Positions 1 to 8,936 of a stretch of DNA of 64,000 bases are shown here, piece after piece (position 1 is the first letter of the stretch; each line of letters opens with the position of its first letter). Made by a program: the position numbers and the translations under genes. This DNA is from an uncultured Nitrospiraceae bacterium. Its GTDB lineage: Bacteria > Nitrospirota > Thermodesulfovibrionia > Thermodesulfovibrionales > Dissulfurispiraceae. The notes under the pieces are model-generated. The model was not told where the DNA came from, ran no database searches, and saw only the letters and a program-made list of their open reading frames with translations. The stretch is taken from positions 640,001 through 704,000 of the forward strand of contig CAVPIW010000006.1 in NCBI GenBank assembly GCA_963705105.1, read 5' to 3'.

Positions 1-1
1 G

Positions 2-196
2 GTGGCCGTCGTCGACAAACACCGGGCCGAGATGAGCAGTCTCATCGCGGAGCAGATGAGGCAGTGGGACGCCGTGACGATCTCAGACAAGATCGAGCGG
101 GAAGTCGGCAGTGATCTTCAGTATATCAGGATCAACGGGACCATCATCGGCGGGTTCATCGGCCTGCTTATCCATCTGTTTTCGAGGCTTTTCTGA
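2..196 (+). CDS. DUF445-family membrane protein, C-terminal part (runs off window start)
   Basis: C-terminal IEREVGSDLQYIRINGTIIGGFIGL is characteristic of DUF445 proteins. Confidence 0.8.
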   Translation: MAVVDKHRAEMSSLIAEQMRQWDAVTISDKIEREVGSDLQYIRINGTIIGGFIGLLIHLFSRLF

Positions 197-325
197 TGCG
201 GTTCATTACGACAGAGGAGCGCTGTGCCGGGCTCTTTCCGATATCGTCACATTTTATCTTTCGATGACCCTGAGTTTTCAGGTATGCTATTTCTACAGTT
301 TTTGAATAAGCGATACGAGGCCAAA

Positions 326-922
326 ATGACTATGAAAGAGTCTATAAAGAATGACAATGCGTTCCTGAGGGCGATCCTCGATGCCATTCCTTCACCCGTG
401 CTTATCATGAATCGCAATCTGCGGATCATCGATGCAAATCAGGCTGCCAAAGTCCTGTCACCTGAGAATCCCGTCATTCAGAGGAAACTCTGCGGGGACA
501 TGCTCTGTTGTTATTATGCCCTCACATCAGGCAAAGGCTGCGGGTCGACGGAGCACTGCAGGGAGTGTATTGTCAGAAGGACCGTCCGCAGCGCCGTGAA
601 GGGTGAAAAGAGCACCCGCGAGAAGGGCCAGATGGCGATATTAAGAAACGGTGCAACCCTCATACTTCATCTGCTTGTCACCGCCACTCCTTTCACAGAT
701 GGAAACAGGCGCCTCGCCCTCGTCATCCTCGAAGACATAACCGAGCTTGTAGAGCTCAGGAGCATCTTTCGCATCTGCGCGAGTTGTAAACGGATACGCC
801 GCGACGACGAGTACTGGGAACAGATCGAGACTTTTCTGAAAACACATCTGGACCTGCAGTTCAGCCACGGCATCTGCCCGGAGTGCACAAAAAACCTGTA
901 CCCGGATCTCGGTCTTCCGTAG
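326..922 (+). CDS. PAS-domain protein with C-terminal Cys-rich (ICASCKRIR...SHGICPEC) domain
   Basis: LRAILDAIPSPVLIMNRNLRIIDANQAA PAS start; C-terminal CxxC...HGICPxC motif; ATG 326 preceded by GAGG (ORF track start 224 probably too long). Confidence 0.8.
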   Translation: MTMKESIKNDNAFLRAILDAIPSPVLIMNRNLRIIDANQAAKVLSPENPVIQRKLCGDMLCCYYALTSGKGCGSTEHCRECIVRRTVRSAVKGEKSTREKGQMAILRNGATLILHLLVTATPFTDGNRRLALVILEDITELVELRSIFRICASCKRIRRDDEYWEQIETFLKTHLDLQFSHGICPECTKNLYPDLGLP

Positions 923-984
923 CGGGCAGCGGGTATCCTGAGCTTCATCCTCCCGAACAGGATGACCGGGGAACCCCGGTAAAA

Positions 985-1087
985 GCGCAATTCTTGCATT
1001 GAGCGGCGCAATTTTTGCATCCTTTGTCGCACCATGCCATTGTTTTTCAGTTCACGCCGCCCCTTCTATTCATGGCACAGGATTTGA
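985..1087 (+). promoter_or_regulatory. Putative sigma-54 promoter with tandem upstream activator sites
   Basis: GCGCAATTCTTGCAT (985-999) and GCGCAATTTTTGCAT (1006-1020), 21 bp apart; TGGCAC-AGGAT-TTGA at 1073-1087 (-12 box imperfect). Confidence 0.4.
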
Positions 1088-1482
1088 TATTTGCAAAGGC
1101 AACGTCCTATGACTTGTCATTCCGGCTCGTCCGGAATCTTTCTGTGGGAAGGACTCCCGACAAGCTGCAGTGATGGAGAATAGGTCATTTATTATGTTGA
1201 AATTATTAGTCGGCAGTCCGAAGATAATAAAGGATATAAAAGAATATAGAAGTTAAGGCGGTTCCCAAAACGGCCCGATAGATGATCTCCGGTAAGCCGG
1301 CGTTTCTTTGGGCGCTTTGCGGCTTGGCGTGAGACCGCAGTTCCCTGTCAATCGCCGATCAGGCCGAATTGGGAACAATGCGGTCATCTCTGACACCGGC
1401 AGTGCCACCTAATTAATTATGCCTCACACCGACATTGTCGCCGGCGCTGTTGCTTTACGAACCCATTTGAAAGGAGGCCGTA

Positions 1483-2007
1483 ATGAGAAGAACTGAAGAC
1501 GGTGGATGGAATCCTTACCTTGCAGGCTCGCTCAACGGGGTGGTCCTCATCTTGTCCGCCTGGATCGCGGACAAATATGTCGGCACATCGACCACATTTG
1601 TGAAGACGGCGGGTATGATCGAAAAGCTCTTCAATCCCGAACGGGTGGCACAAATGGAATACTTCATCAAGGAAGTGCCGAAGATTGACTGGCAATGGAT
1701 GTTTGTCATCGGCATTTTCATCGGGTCTTTCATCTCATCAGTTACCTCGGGCTCGTTCCGTTTGAAGGCCGTCCCCGATATGTGGGAGCGTCGCTTCGGA
1801 CCGGGCATTGCAGATCGCGGACTCGTGGCATTCATCGGCGGCATCGTCGTGATCTATGGTGCACGCCTTGCCGATGGTTGACCGAGCGGACACGGGCTGA
1901 GCGGTTCGCTCCAGCTTGCAGTAAGCGGCTTCATCGCCCTCGCCGGGTTTTTCATCGGCGGCATGATAATGGCAAACCTGATCTACCGGGGAGGTGACAG
2001 CTCATGA
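1483..2007 (+). CDS. YeeE/YedE-family thiosulfate/sulfur transporter subunit, probable selenoprotein (UGA 1879-1881 = Sec)
   Basis: GGWNPYLAG start; in-frame TGA in GARLADG-U-PSGHGLSG where the family has G-C-x-SGH; frame stays open to TGA 2005-2007, overlapping next ATG; hairpin at 1896-1915. Confidence 0.85.
1896..1915 (+). promoter_or_regulatory. Candidate bacterial SECIS hairpin
   Basis: GCTG-AGCG-GTT-CGCT-C-CAGC stem-loop starting 15 nt after the UGA, G at the start of the loop. Confidence 0.6.
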
Positions 2008-2531
2008 CCACGCTTCTGTACGGCCTTGTCACGGGCATCCTCTTCGGTTTCCTCCTCCAAAAGGCGCGGGTCCTGAGGTACGACAAACAGATCGGCGCCC
2101 TGCGGCTCATGGATATGACCATCGTCAAGTTCATGCTGAGCAGCATCCTTGTCGCCATGGTCGGCGTCTATCTGCTCAAGGACCTCGGCCTCGTCAAACT
2201 CAACCTTAAAACCACCGTCATTGGTGCCCAGGTTCTCGGGGGCATCATCTTCGGTCTCGGGTGGGGACTGCTCGGTTACTGCCCGGGGACACAGATAGGG
2301 GCGCTCGGGGAAGGGAGGCTGGACGCGGTATGGGGAATCATCGGGTCGCTCGTCGGGGCGGCACTCTATGCCGAAACCTATCCTTTTCTAAAGAAGACGG
2401 TGCTTGCCTGGGGCAATTACGGCAAGATAACGGTGCCTCAAACCCTCGGCGTCAACCACTGGTTCGTCATTATCCCCCTCGTCACTGGAGGTCTTCTGCT
2501 CTTCCGGTGGTTCGAGAAAAGGGGGCTGTAG
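2004..2531 (+). CDS. YeeE/YedE-family transporter subunit
   Basis: GILFGFLLQK, IFGLGWGLLGYCPGT motifs; ATGA coupling to upstream gene. Confidence 0.85.
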   Translation: MTTLLYGLVTGILFGFLLQKARVLRYDKQIGALRLMDMTIVKFMLSSILVAMVGVYLLKDLGLVKLNLKTTVIGAQVLGGIIFGLGWGLLGYCPGTQIGALGEGRLDAVWGIIGSLVGAALYAETYPFLKKTVLAWGNYGKITVPQTLGVNHWFVIIPLVTGGLLLFRWFEKRGL

Positions 2532-2548
2532 TAAACCATCAGGAAAAC

Positions 2549-2580
2549 ATGGAGCGGCTGGATGGACCCAGCCGCTCCAT
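2549..2580. terminator. Hairpin between convergent genes, probable bidirectional terminator
   Basis: 13-bp perfect stem ATGGAGCGGCTGG / CCAGCCGCTCCAT with 6-nt loop. Confidence 0.65.
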
Positions 2581-2592
2581 ACACGCCATCCC

Positions 2593-2988
2593 TTACTTCT
2601 TTTTGTGCTCGATCTCCTTTTCCGCCTCCTCTTCCATCTTCTTGAGCCTCGTGTAGTAATCGGGGAACTCCGCGAGGTGATCGATAGAGATCTCGAGGGC
2701 GCGGAACTTGTCAGTCGTATGCTCCTGCTCCACCTTGATCCCCATGAGAAGCTGGTCCAGGTCGAAATCGGTCACCTTTCTCGCATCAGCCCTGCCCCCC
2801 CTGATGCCCTGCCGGAAGTCCCTGATGTCGATCCCGTGGCGCTCCTTGATCGCCTTCCGGTACTCCTCGAATTTCGCATCCTGTCCCTTGACGACCGGTT
2901 TCGACGGTTTCGGCTGCTCCACAGCATAACCAGTGACGACAAAACAAAGCACAAGCATCAACGCAAACAAGATGATTCTTCCTTTCAT
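2593..2988 (-). CDS. Exported DUF5661-like protein
   Basis: Signal peptide MKGRIILFALMLVLCF; MGIKVEQEH...DHLAEFPDYYTRL motif; AGGAGG RBS at 2995-3000. Confidence 0.7.
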   Translation of the reverse strand: MKGRIILFALMLVLCFVVTGYAVEQPKPSKPVVKGQDAKFEEYRKAIKERHGIDIRDFRQGIRGGRADARKVTDFDLDQLLMGIKVEQEHTTDKFRALEISIDHLAEFPDYYTRLKKMEEEAEKEIEHKKK

Positions 2989-3094
2989 AAGAAACCTCCT
3001 TTCGTGATCAAACATAACCTTGTCGTTGTAAGAGCTCTCCGGAAGGGCGTGGCGAGGACCGAAAACTCTCGGTGTGAGATGACCTCTGCAGGCC

Positions 3095-3712
3095 TCATAT
3101 GATCCCCAGCAGCTTCAGCCCGTCGCGAAAAAGAACAATTGCCAAAACACATAAGACGATCCCGAGGAAACGCATCGCGCAGACATAGGGCTTACCGTCC
3201 AGAAATGATCTCGATTTGCCGACCAGCAGGGATAGCAATATTTTTGATCCCACCAAAAAGACATAAAAACCGCAAATGAAGGCGGCCGATGCAAAAATGC
3301 TGATGTTCATAGCCCTGGTCATTGTCGGAGCGCCGACACTAAACCAAAACAAGTAGGGATGCGGGCTGAGAGCGTTTGCCAATATGCCTTTCCTCAGGGA
3401 TTTGGCCTTCTTCGCCTCAGTATTCACCTCAACTCCTTTCGAGCGTATCCCCTCGCAGCCCATACACAGAATGAAGAAACCGCCGGCTAGTGAAATGATC
3501 CCCAATACGGCATGGAAATCGGATAACTTCGCCAAAATGAAACAAGTTGCGATAATGATCGGCAAATCGGTGATGAACGGCGCGAGAGCGACTTTTATGC
3601 CCGATCTGATACCGTGCTGCAGGGTTTCGGAGATGACGAGGGTCAGGAGAGGGCCCGGGGCGAGTCCCGCCGACAGGCCCAGTATGATCCCGATGGTCAG
3701 GTATGTTGTCAT
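3095..3712 (-). CDS. LysE-family translocator
   Basis: GLAPGP N-terminal motif, GILANALSPHPYLFW, multiple hydrophobic helices. Confidence 0.85.
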   Translation of the reverse strand: MTTYLTIGIILGLSAGLAPGPLLTLVISETLQHGIRSGIKVALAPFITDLPIIIATCFILAKLSDFHAVLGIISLAGGFFILCMGCEGIRSKGVEVNTEAKKAKSLRKGILANALSPHPYLFWFSVGAPTMTRAMNISIFASAAFICGFYVFLVGSKILLSLLVGKSRSFLDGKPYVCAMRFLGIVLCVLAIVLFRDGLKLLGII

Positions 3713-4018
3713 TCCGCACTTCTCCTTCCCCGGTCAGGCTGCTTGCCCGGATGCTGACCGGCCGGATCATGGCTTAACCTTGCGGGCACATGAGAAGGCG
3801 GGGCGAAGCGCCTGTCCGGACTCCCTATTGCAACAATACGATTAATATAGCACAGCACCCCTGACCAGAATATTGTGCAGCCAGACTTTGAAAACGAGGA
3901 TAGGATGTGATGCCCCATCCTCGGGCCACGTTATTTTGGACACCAATGATAGCACAGACAACCACAATGACCGCGTGACAGCCGACTGCTGCCTTCCGTC
4001 CCGTCCCACGGGGACCTG

Positions 4019-5395
4019 TCACGTGGACTGGCTGAGGGCGGCATAGACAATCAAAATCGCGACGACCATGACGTGGAGAAACGCGTAATTTCTCCGTGGA
4101 ATCATGCCCTCGAAATCGCCTTTATGAAAAAGACGGAGGACATTGTGGCTTGCCGCCGCCCCGACAGCAAGGATAAGCAACGATAGGATGCCGATGAACC
4201 GTTCATCCACGACAAATCGCCACCGGGAAAGGTCCATCCCCGCCTGACTGCCGAGGGTCGGGAAAAATGAACCCGCTTCCGACAGGAAGTATGCGAGCCG
4301 GTAGACGAGCTCCCCAGTAAAGGTGAAGGGGACGAGCACGGGGACCATCGGCGAAAAACGTCCGAAGACCTCGTCTTCCGTTACCGTGAACAGCCTTGCC
4401 CCGACCCGTATGAGACCGAGAAAAAAGAGGAAGCCAGCTCCGAGAAGCACGGTGAAAGCGACAAGGTCCGACTGATGAAAATAGGTTTTCAGCGGCACGA
4501 ACCAGGCCTTTTCATAAATGAAACGGGCGAGCTGGGAACCCATGAGAAAGGGGATGATAAAAGAGCAGGTGAGGTAACGGCCCTTGTTGATCACCAGTTC
4601 CGCAAAGGGGTTCCGCAGGTTTATCCTCGGCGAATCGTAGGGGCACATCGGGACGCAGTGGCCGCAGACAAGGCAATCGAGGTTGTTCCGCACATTGACG
4701 GCACCGAGATAGACGGGGCAGCCGGCGCCGCCTGCCGTGCCCTTCCGGCAGGAAGCGGTTTTGCAGGTTTTGCAGACAGCGAGATCAGGCCTGAACTCCG
4801 TAATGGAGATGGTGGCGGCGGACCCTATGATCCTGCCCATGGGGCAGACGTGGCGGCACCAGGCCTGTCCCTTGAAGAGGACCTCCATAAGTGTTGCGCC
4901 GGCGATGATCGCCACGAGCAGGATCGCCGTCCCGGACGGCGATTCCTTGAGGTTGAAGACGGATTCCGCCCAGAGAATGACAGCCAGGAAGAATGTAGAC
5001 AGATAGACGCCGTTCTTCTGCAGGAACCGCGGTACGTCGGCGTTGAATCTCATCCCGAAACGGCGCAGGATGCGTCCGACACCGGGGAACGGGCAAAAGC
5101 CGCACCAAAGCCTCCCGGTGAAGAACCAGCTCAGTACGATGGTCGTCCACCAGACACCCCAGACCATGAAAAGGATCGCATTCCGGTCCGGGTCCTGGGG
5201 ACCGAAGAACCCGACAAGGATGATGACGGTGAAAACGATGTCTCCGAAGGTCCGTACCGCCGCAAAATACCGGCGGTCTGCGAAAAACCTCTTCAACGGG
5301 GGAAAGGCTTCGAAAAGGTTTATGCGCGCCTGACGGTCGTCAGGGAGGACGATCCCCAGCGCCTGACGGAGGATTTTTCTCGCTGTCATGTACAC
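4019..5395 (-). CDS. 4Fe-4S-binding membrane protein (NapH/MauN-like)
   Basis: GRLWCGFCPF, WCRHVCPMG, CKTCKTASC...GCP, CLVCGHCVPMCP plus TM helices. Confidence 0.8.
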   Translation of the reverse strand: MYMTARKILRQALGIVLPDDRQARINLFEAFPPLKRFFADRRYFAAVRTFGDIVFTVIILVGFFGPQDPDRNAILFMVWGVWWTTIVLSWFFTGRLWCGFCPFPGVGRILRRFGMRFNADVPRFLQKNGVYLSTFFLAVILWAESVFNLKESPSGTAILLVAIIAGATLMEVLFKGQAWCRHVCPMGRIIGSAATISITEFRPDLAVCKTCKTASCRKGTAGGAGCPVYLGAVNVRNNLDCLVCGHCVPMCPYDSPRINLRNPFAELVINKGRYLTCSFIIPFLMGSQLARFIYEKAWFVPLKTYFHQSDLVAFTVLLGAGFLFFLGLIRVGARLFTVTEDEVFGRFSPMVPVLVPFTFTGELVYRLAYFLSEAGSFFPTLGSQAGMDLSRWRFVVDERFIGILSLLILAVGAAASHNVLRLFHKGDFEGMIPRRNYAFLHVMVVAILIVYAALSQST

Positions 5396-5400
5396 GCCTT

Positions 5401-6144
5401 CTATTCGCTGTAGTTCCTGATCAACCGCGAGCCGTAGAGAAAAAACGCTGCGGCATAGGCGACGAGAACGGCGAGGGAGACGAGGGCCTCCTCGTCGAGC
5501 GACGCCTTCCTGATGACGATATTCGTGTGGGTCAAAGGGAAAACGGTGATGAGCATCCCGATGGCGGCGGGCATGCGGTCGACGGGGAAGAAGGTCCCGC
5601 TGAAGAACGCCATGGGCAGGATGAAGAAGTTGGTATATGTCGCCGTGTCCTCGTGAGACTTGGAGACCATGCCCGTGATGACGCCGAGACTGGCGAAGAG
5701 GAAGCAGTTGAGCAGGAGGGTGCCGGCGAAAAGGGGCGTGAGAAAAAACCCGTCGACGGCGATGAATCCGACGGAGATGATGAGCGACGAGGCGAAGAGA
5801 CCCTTCACCATGCCTGCCAGGACTTCACCGATCATTATGGAGGAAGGGCTGATCGGCGCCTGGACGAAGACCTGGAAAGTCTTGAAGTAGATCCTGTTGA
5901 GGTTGAGGGCGCTCGCGACCCAGGTGTAAGAGTTGTTCATGGAGCTCATGGCCACGATGCCCGGAAGCAGGTACGTGAGGTAATCGACGCCCTGGACTGT
6001 GACGCCCCTGCCGAGGCCGAACCCGAAGGTGATCAGGTAGATGATGGGGACGACCATGGCAGAGAAGAGGTATCCGATCTTGAGCAGTTTCCTCCGGAAA
6101 AGGAGCATCTCCCGGAGAAAGATGGGGTACCATTTCATCATCAT
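5401..6144 (-). CDS. ABC-2 transporter permease
   Basis: YLTYLLPGI, PMAFFSGTFFP, PLTH motifs; about 6 TM segments. Confidence 0.88.
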   Translation of the reverse strand: MMMKWYPIFLREMLLFRRKLLKIGYLFSAMVVPIIYLITFGFGLGRGVTVQGVDYLTYLLPGIVAMSSMNNSYTWVASALNLNRIYFKTFQVFVQAPISPSSIMIGEVLAGMVKGLFASSLIISVGFIAVDGFFLTPLFAGTLLLNCFLFASLGVITGMVSKSHEDTATYTNFFILPMAFFSGTFFPVDRMPAAIGMLITVFPLTHTNIVIRKASLDEEALVSLAVLVAYAAAFFLYGSRLIRNYSE

Positions 6145-6974
6145 GCCATGCGCTCCCCGGTAAGCTTGACGAAGACGTCCTCGAGGTTGGATGCCCTGAT
6201 GGTCACGCCGTTGCGCATCTCGGCTGCCAGCGCGTTGGCTTCCTCACGGGTCCTCCGGATATGCTGGATGAGTTTTCCCCCGGCGTCCACGTGCTCCACC
6301 ACGTACTCTCCGACCATGGCCTTCAGGTTTGACGGCGTGTCGAGGGCGACCAGGCGGCCCCTGGCAAGGATGCCGATCCTGTTGCAGAGGGCCTCGGCCT
6401 CCTCGATGTAGTGCGTGGTGATGACGACGGTCCGGCCCTCGATCCGCACCTTCCTGATATTGTCCCACATCTGCCGCCGTATCTGGGGATCGAGGCCGAG
6501 AGATGGTTCGTCGAGGAAGAGGACTGACGGCTCCGTCAGGAGCGCCCGGGCGAGGAGGAGCCGTCTCTGCATGCCGCCTGAAAATCCCGAGACGACGGAG
6601 TCCTGCCTGTCCGAGAGGCCGACTGTCTTTATGGCCTCTTCAATCACCCGTCGCCTCTGCCGGACATCGTGGAGCATGGAGTAGATAAGTAGGTTCTCAT
6701 AGGCCGTCAGCTCCCTGTCCAGGTTGTTCTCCTGGGGGACGACGGCGATGCGCCTTTTCACCGCAATGGGGTCCTGCCGGACGTCGAAGCCGTCGACCCT
6801 GCAGACACCGCTGTCTGCCCGGCTCAGCGTCGTCAGGACCTTGATCGTCGTCGTCTTGCCCGCGCCGTTCGGCCCCAGGAGGCCGAAGACCTCGCCCTTC
6901 TCGATGGTGAAAGTGACGCCGTCGAGGGCGGTGATTGCGCCGTATCTTTTCGTGAGCCCCTGCACCTCAACCAT
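6141..6974 (-). CDS. ABC transporter ATP-binding protein
   Basis: Walker A GPNGAGKT, FSGGMQRR signature, LFLDEP, TTHY. Confidence 0.93.
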   Translation of the reverse strand: MVEVQGLTKRYGAITALDGVTFTIEKGEVFGLLGPNGAGKTTTIKVLTTLSRADSGVCRVDGFDVRQDPIAVKRRIAVVPQENNLDRELTAYENLLIYSMLHDVRQRRRVIEEAIKTVGLSDRQDSVVSGFSGGMQRRLLLARALLTEPSVLFLDEPSLGLDPQIRRQMWDNIRKVRIEGRTVVITTHYIEEAEALCNRIGILARGRLVALDTPSNLKAMVGEYVVEHVDAGGKLIQHIRRTREEANALAAEMRNGVTIRASNLEDVFVKLTGERMA

Positions 6975-6982
6975 TATATGCC

Positions 6983-7804
6983 CTACTTCCCCAGGCTCCG
7001 GTCATAGAGTTCCCGTGCGCTCAGATCGTATGCTTCAGCGACGATCCTCGACGCCTCCTTCCTGCCCTTCCCTCTTTTCATGAGTTCGCCGACCTCGCGG
7101 AGCGCCTCGTCGACACTCGGCGTTTCCCGGCCCCGGCCTTCCACGATGATCACGTATTCCCCCACCGTCTTTCTGCCCTTCACAAATTCAACGATTTCGG
7201 TCAGTGTGCCCCGCATCGCCTCTTCGTGGATTTTCGTGATTTCCCTGATCAGGGCGGCTTTGCGCGGACCGAAGATGGCCGCCATGTCGTCAAGCGTTTC
7301 CGTGACACGGTGGGGCGCCTCGTAGAAGACGAGGGTCCTGTCCTCGATGGCGAGCGACTTCAGCACCTTCTGTCTCTGCGCCTGTCTGGCCGGCAGGAAA
7401 CCGGCGAAGGTGAACGTGTCCGTCGGGAGGCCCGCGATGGACAGGGCGGCGATTGCAGCCGAGGGGCCGGGAATGGAGACAACGGGCACTCCCTCTTCGA
7501 CAGCCCTCTTTATAAGCACGGAGCCGGGATCGGAAATGCCCGGCGTCCCCGCATCCGATATGAGGGCGACGGACAACCCCTCCTTCAACCTCATGATGAT
7601 CGACTCGGACCTGGTCTTCTCTTTTTCGGACCAGTAGCTGATGAGCGGTTTCGCGATGCCGTAGTGCTGCAGGAGCTTCCGGGAATGGCGCGTGTCCTCG
7701 GCGGCGATGAGATCCACCTCGCCCAGGATTCTGACAGCCCTCAGGGTGATGTCCTCGAGATTGCCGATGGGAGTGGCGACGACGTAGAGGGTACCGACGC
7801 TCAT
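6983..7804 (-). CDS. rsmI: 16S rRNA (cytidine1402-2'-O)-methyltransferase
   Basis: LYVVATPIGNLEDITLRA, AEDTR, SDAGTPGISDPG, FYEAPHR, REITKIHEE. Confidence 0.95.
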   Translation of the reverse strand: MSVGTLYVVATPIGNLEDITLRAVRILGEVDLIAAEDTRHSRKLLQHYGIAKPLISYWSEKEKTRSESIIMRLKEGLSVALISDAGTPGISDPGSVLIKRAVEEGVPVVSIPGPSAAIAALSIAGLPTDTFTFAGFLPARQAQRQKVLKSLAIEDRTLVFYEAPHRVTETLDDMAAIFGPRKAALIREITKIHEEAMRGTLTEIVEFVKGRKTVGEYVIIVEGRGRETPSVDEALREVGELMKRGKGRKEASRIVAEAYDLSARELYDRSLGK

Positions 7805-7868
7805 CGGCGCCCTCTGTCGTTGCTCACATGATGACCCGCCATTTTGACCCGCCGCAGGAGCGGCGAAC

Positions 7869-8345
7869 TTACGACTTCTTCATGAAGCTGTCACGGAACG
7901 CCGCAAGCCAGCGGATGTGGCTCTTTTCCTCGTTGATGATCTCGTCGATGATCTCCTTTTCCTTCACGGCCTCACGGATGCCGTAATAATAGAGGAGCGA
8001 TTCCTTCTCGAAGCCGATGGCGAATCTTATCACCTCTCCGATGTCCGTCGTCGTCTCCATCGATGTCAGGGCCTTGTTGCTGCCGATGAAGAACTTCGAC
8101 TCCACCATCGCCCTCATGTATTGCGACACCTCTTCCCAGCCGTCGGGCTCAGTGTCGCCGACGAGATCCCTGAGATCGGCGAAGGTCTTTTCGTGAACGA
8201 CCTCCTTGTGGGCCAGATCGGTAAAGAAGGCGCTCAAACGCTCGTTGTCTTTGAATCTCTGCGCCATGGCGGAATAGAACTGGTGACCCAGTCTCTCCGT
8301 CTGGACGGCCTGCTCGATCACCTCTCTAATGGAATATTTCTCCAT
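7869..8345 (-). CDS. Ferritin-like / rubrerythrin-family protein
   Basis: AVQTERLGHQFY, LAHKEVVH, AIGFEKESLLYY, IINEEKSH diiron motifs; start at MEKYS after GGAGG. Confidence 0.85.
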   Translation of the reverse strand: MEKYSIREVIEQAVQTERLGHQFYSAMAQRFKDNERLSAFFTDLAHKEVVHEKTFADLRDLVGDTEPDGWEEVSQYMRAMVESKFFIGSNKALTSMETTTDIGEVIRFAIGFEKESLLYYYGIREAVKEKEIIDEIINEEKSHIRWLAAFRDSFMKKS

Positions 8346-8396
8346 CCTTACCTCCGATATAGACATAGTCATTCAGACAGTAGTCAGTACCCTATC

Positions 8397-8583
8397 GTTG
8401 CATACGCCCTCAGGAAATGCGGGGCGAATGAGCCGAAAGCCTCGGTGCTGCGAAACCTTTGCCTTCCCGTAAAGGCCGTGTCAGACCGACGTCATGAAGA
8501 AAAGAGAACCTGTTGCTGACACTCATATACACTGTCACTGACACTATATTTTCAGAGCGCTTTGCCTCGCATTTTTGCGCAAC
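8397..8583 (+). repeat. Intergenic ~190-bp repeat family, copy 1
   Basis: GTTGCA...GCGGGGCG ... GCGCTTTGCCTCGC...GCAAC ends; 3' core GCTGACAC...CACTGACACT...TTCAGAGCGCTT shared with copies at 12658, 33618 and 48548. Confidence 0.8.
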
Positions 8584-8624
8584 TGCAAAATCAGTCATTA
8601 AGTCATTGAGTCAGCAGTTGGTAC

Positions 8625-8936
8625 TCATCTGCATGTTACTCCACCTGCAGCAGTTTTCTCAAGCGCTCTGTCCGCCTGATAGACATCGTCGACGCTGTCG
8701 CCGGTGATGTCCCATGTATATTCCCCCTTGGCGTTCCGGTGCAGTTTCACCCTGACGGGCTTTTTCGGCTTCACCTGCTGGACCTGGGGGTTCTTGCCGA
8801 CCTGGAATGCCTGCTGGCCCTGCGGTTTTTCAGCGGTCTGCGCGAAGACGGGCGATCCCCCAACCAGGAGACCGATTATTGTTGCCGCAACGACGATGCG
8901 TCGTATGGAAACCATGTGCCGCTCCTTATCCCTCAT
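8625..8936 (-). CDS. Small exported hypothetical protein
   Basis: Signal peptide IVVAATIIGLLVGGSPVFAQ; overlaps nadE stop. Confidence 0.6.
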   Translation of the reverse strand: MRDKERHMVSIRRIVVAATIIGLLVGGSPVFAQTAEKPQGQQAFQVGKNPQVQQVKPKKPVRVKLHRNAKGEYTWDITGDSVDDVYQADRALEKTAAGGVTCR

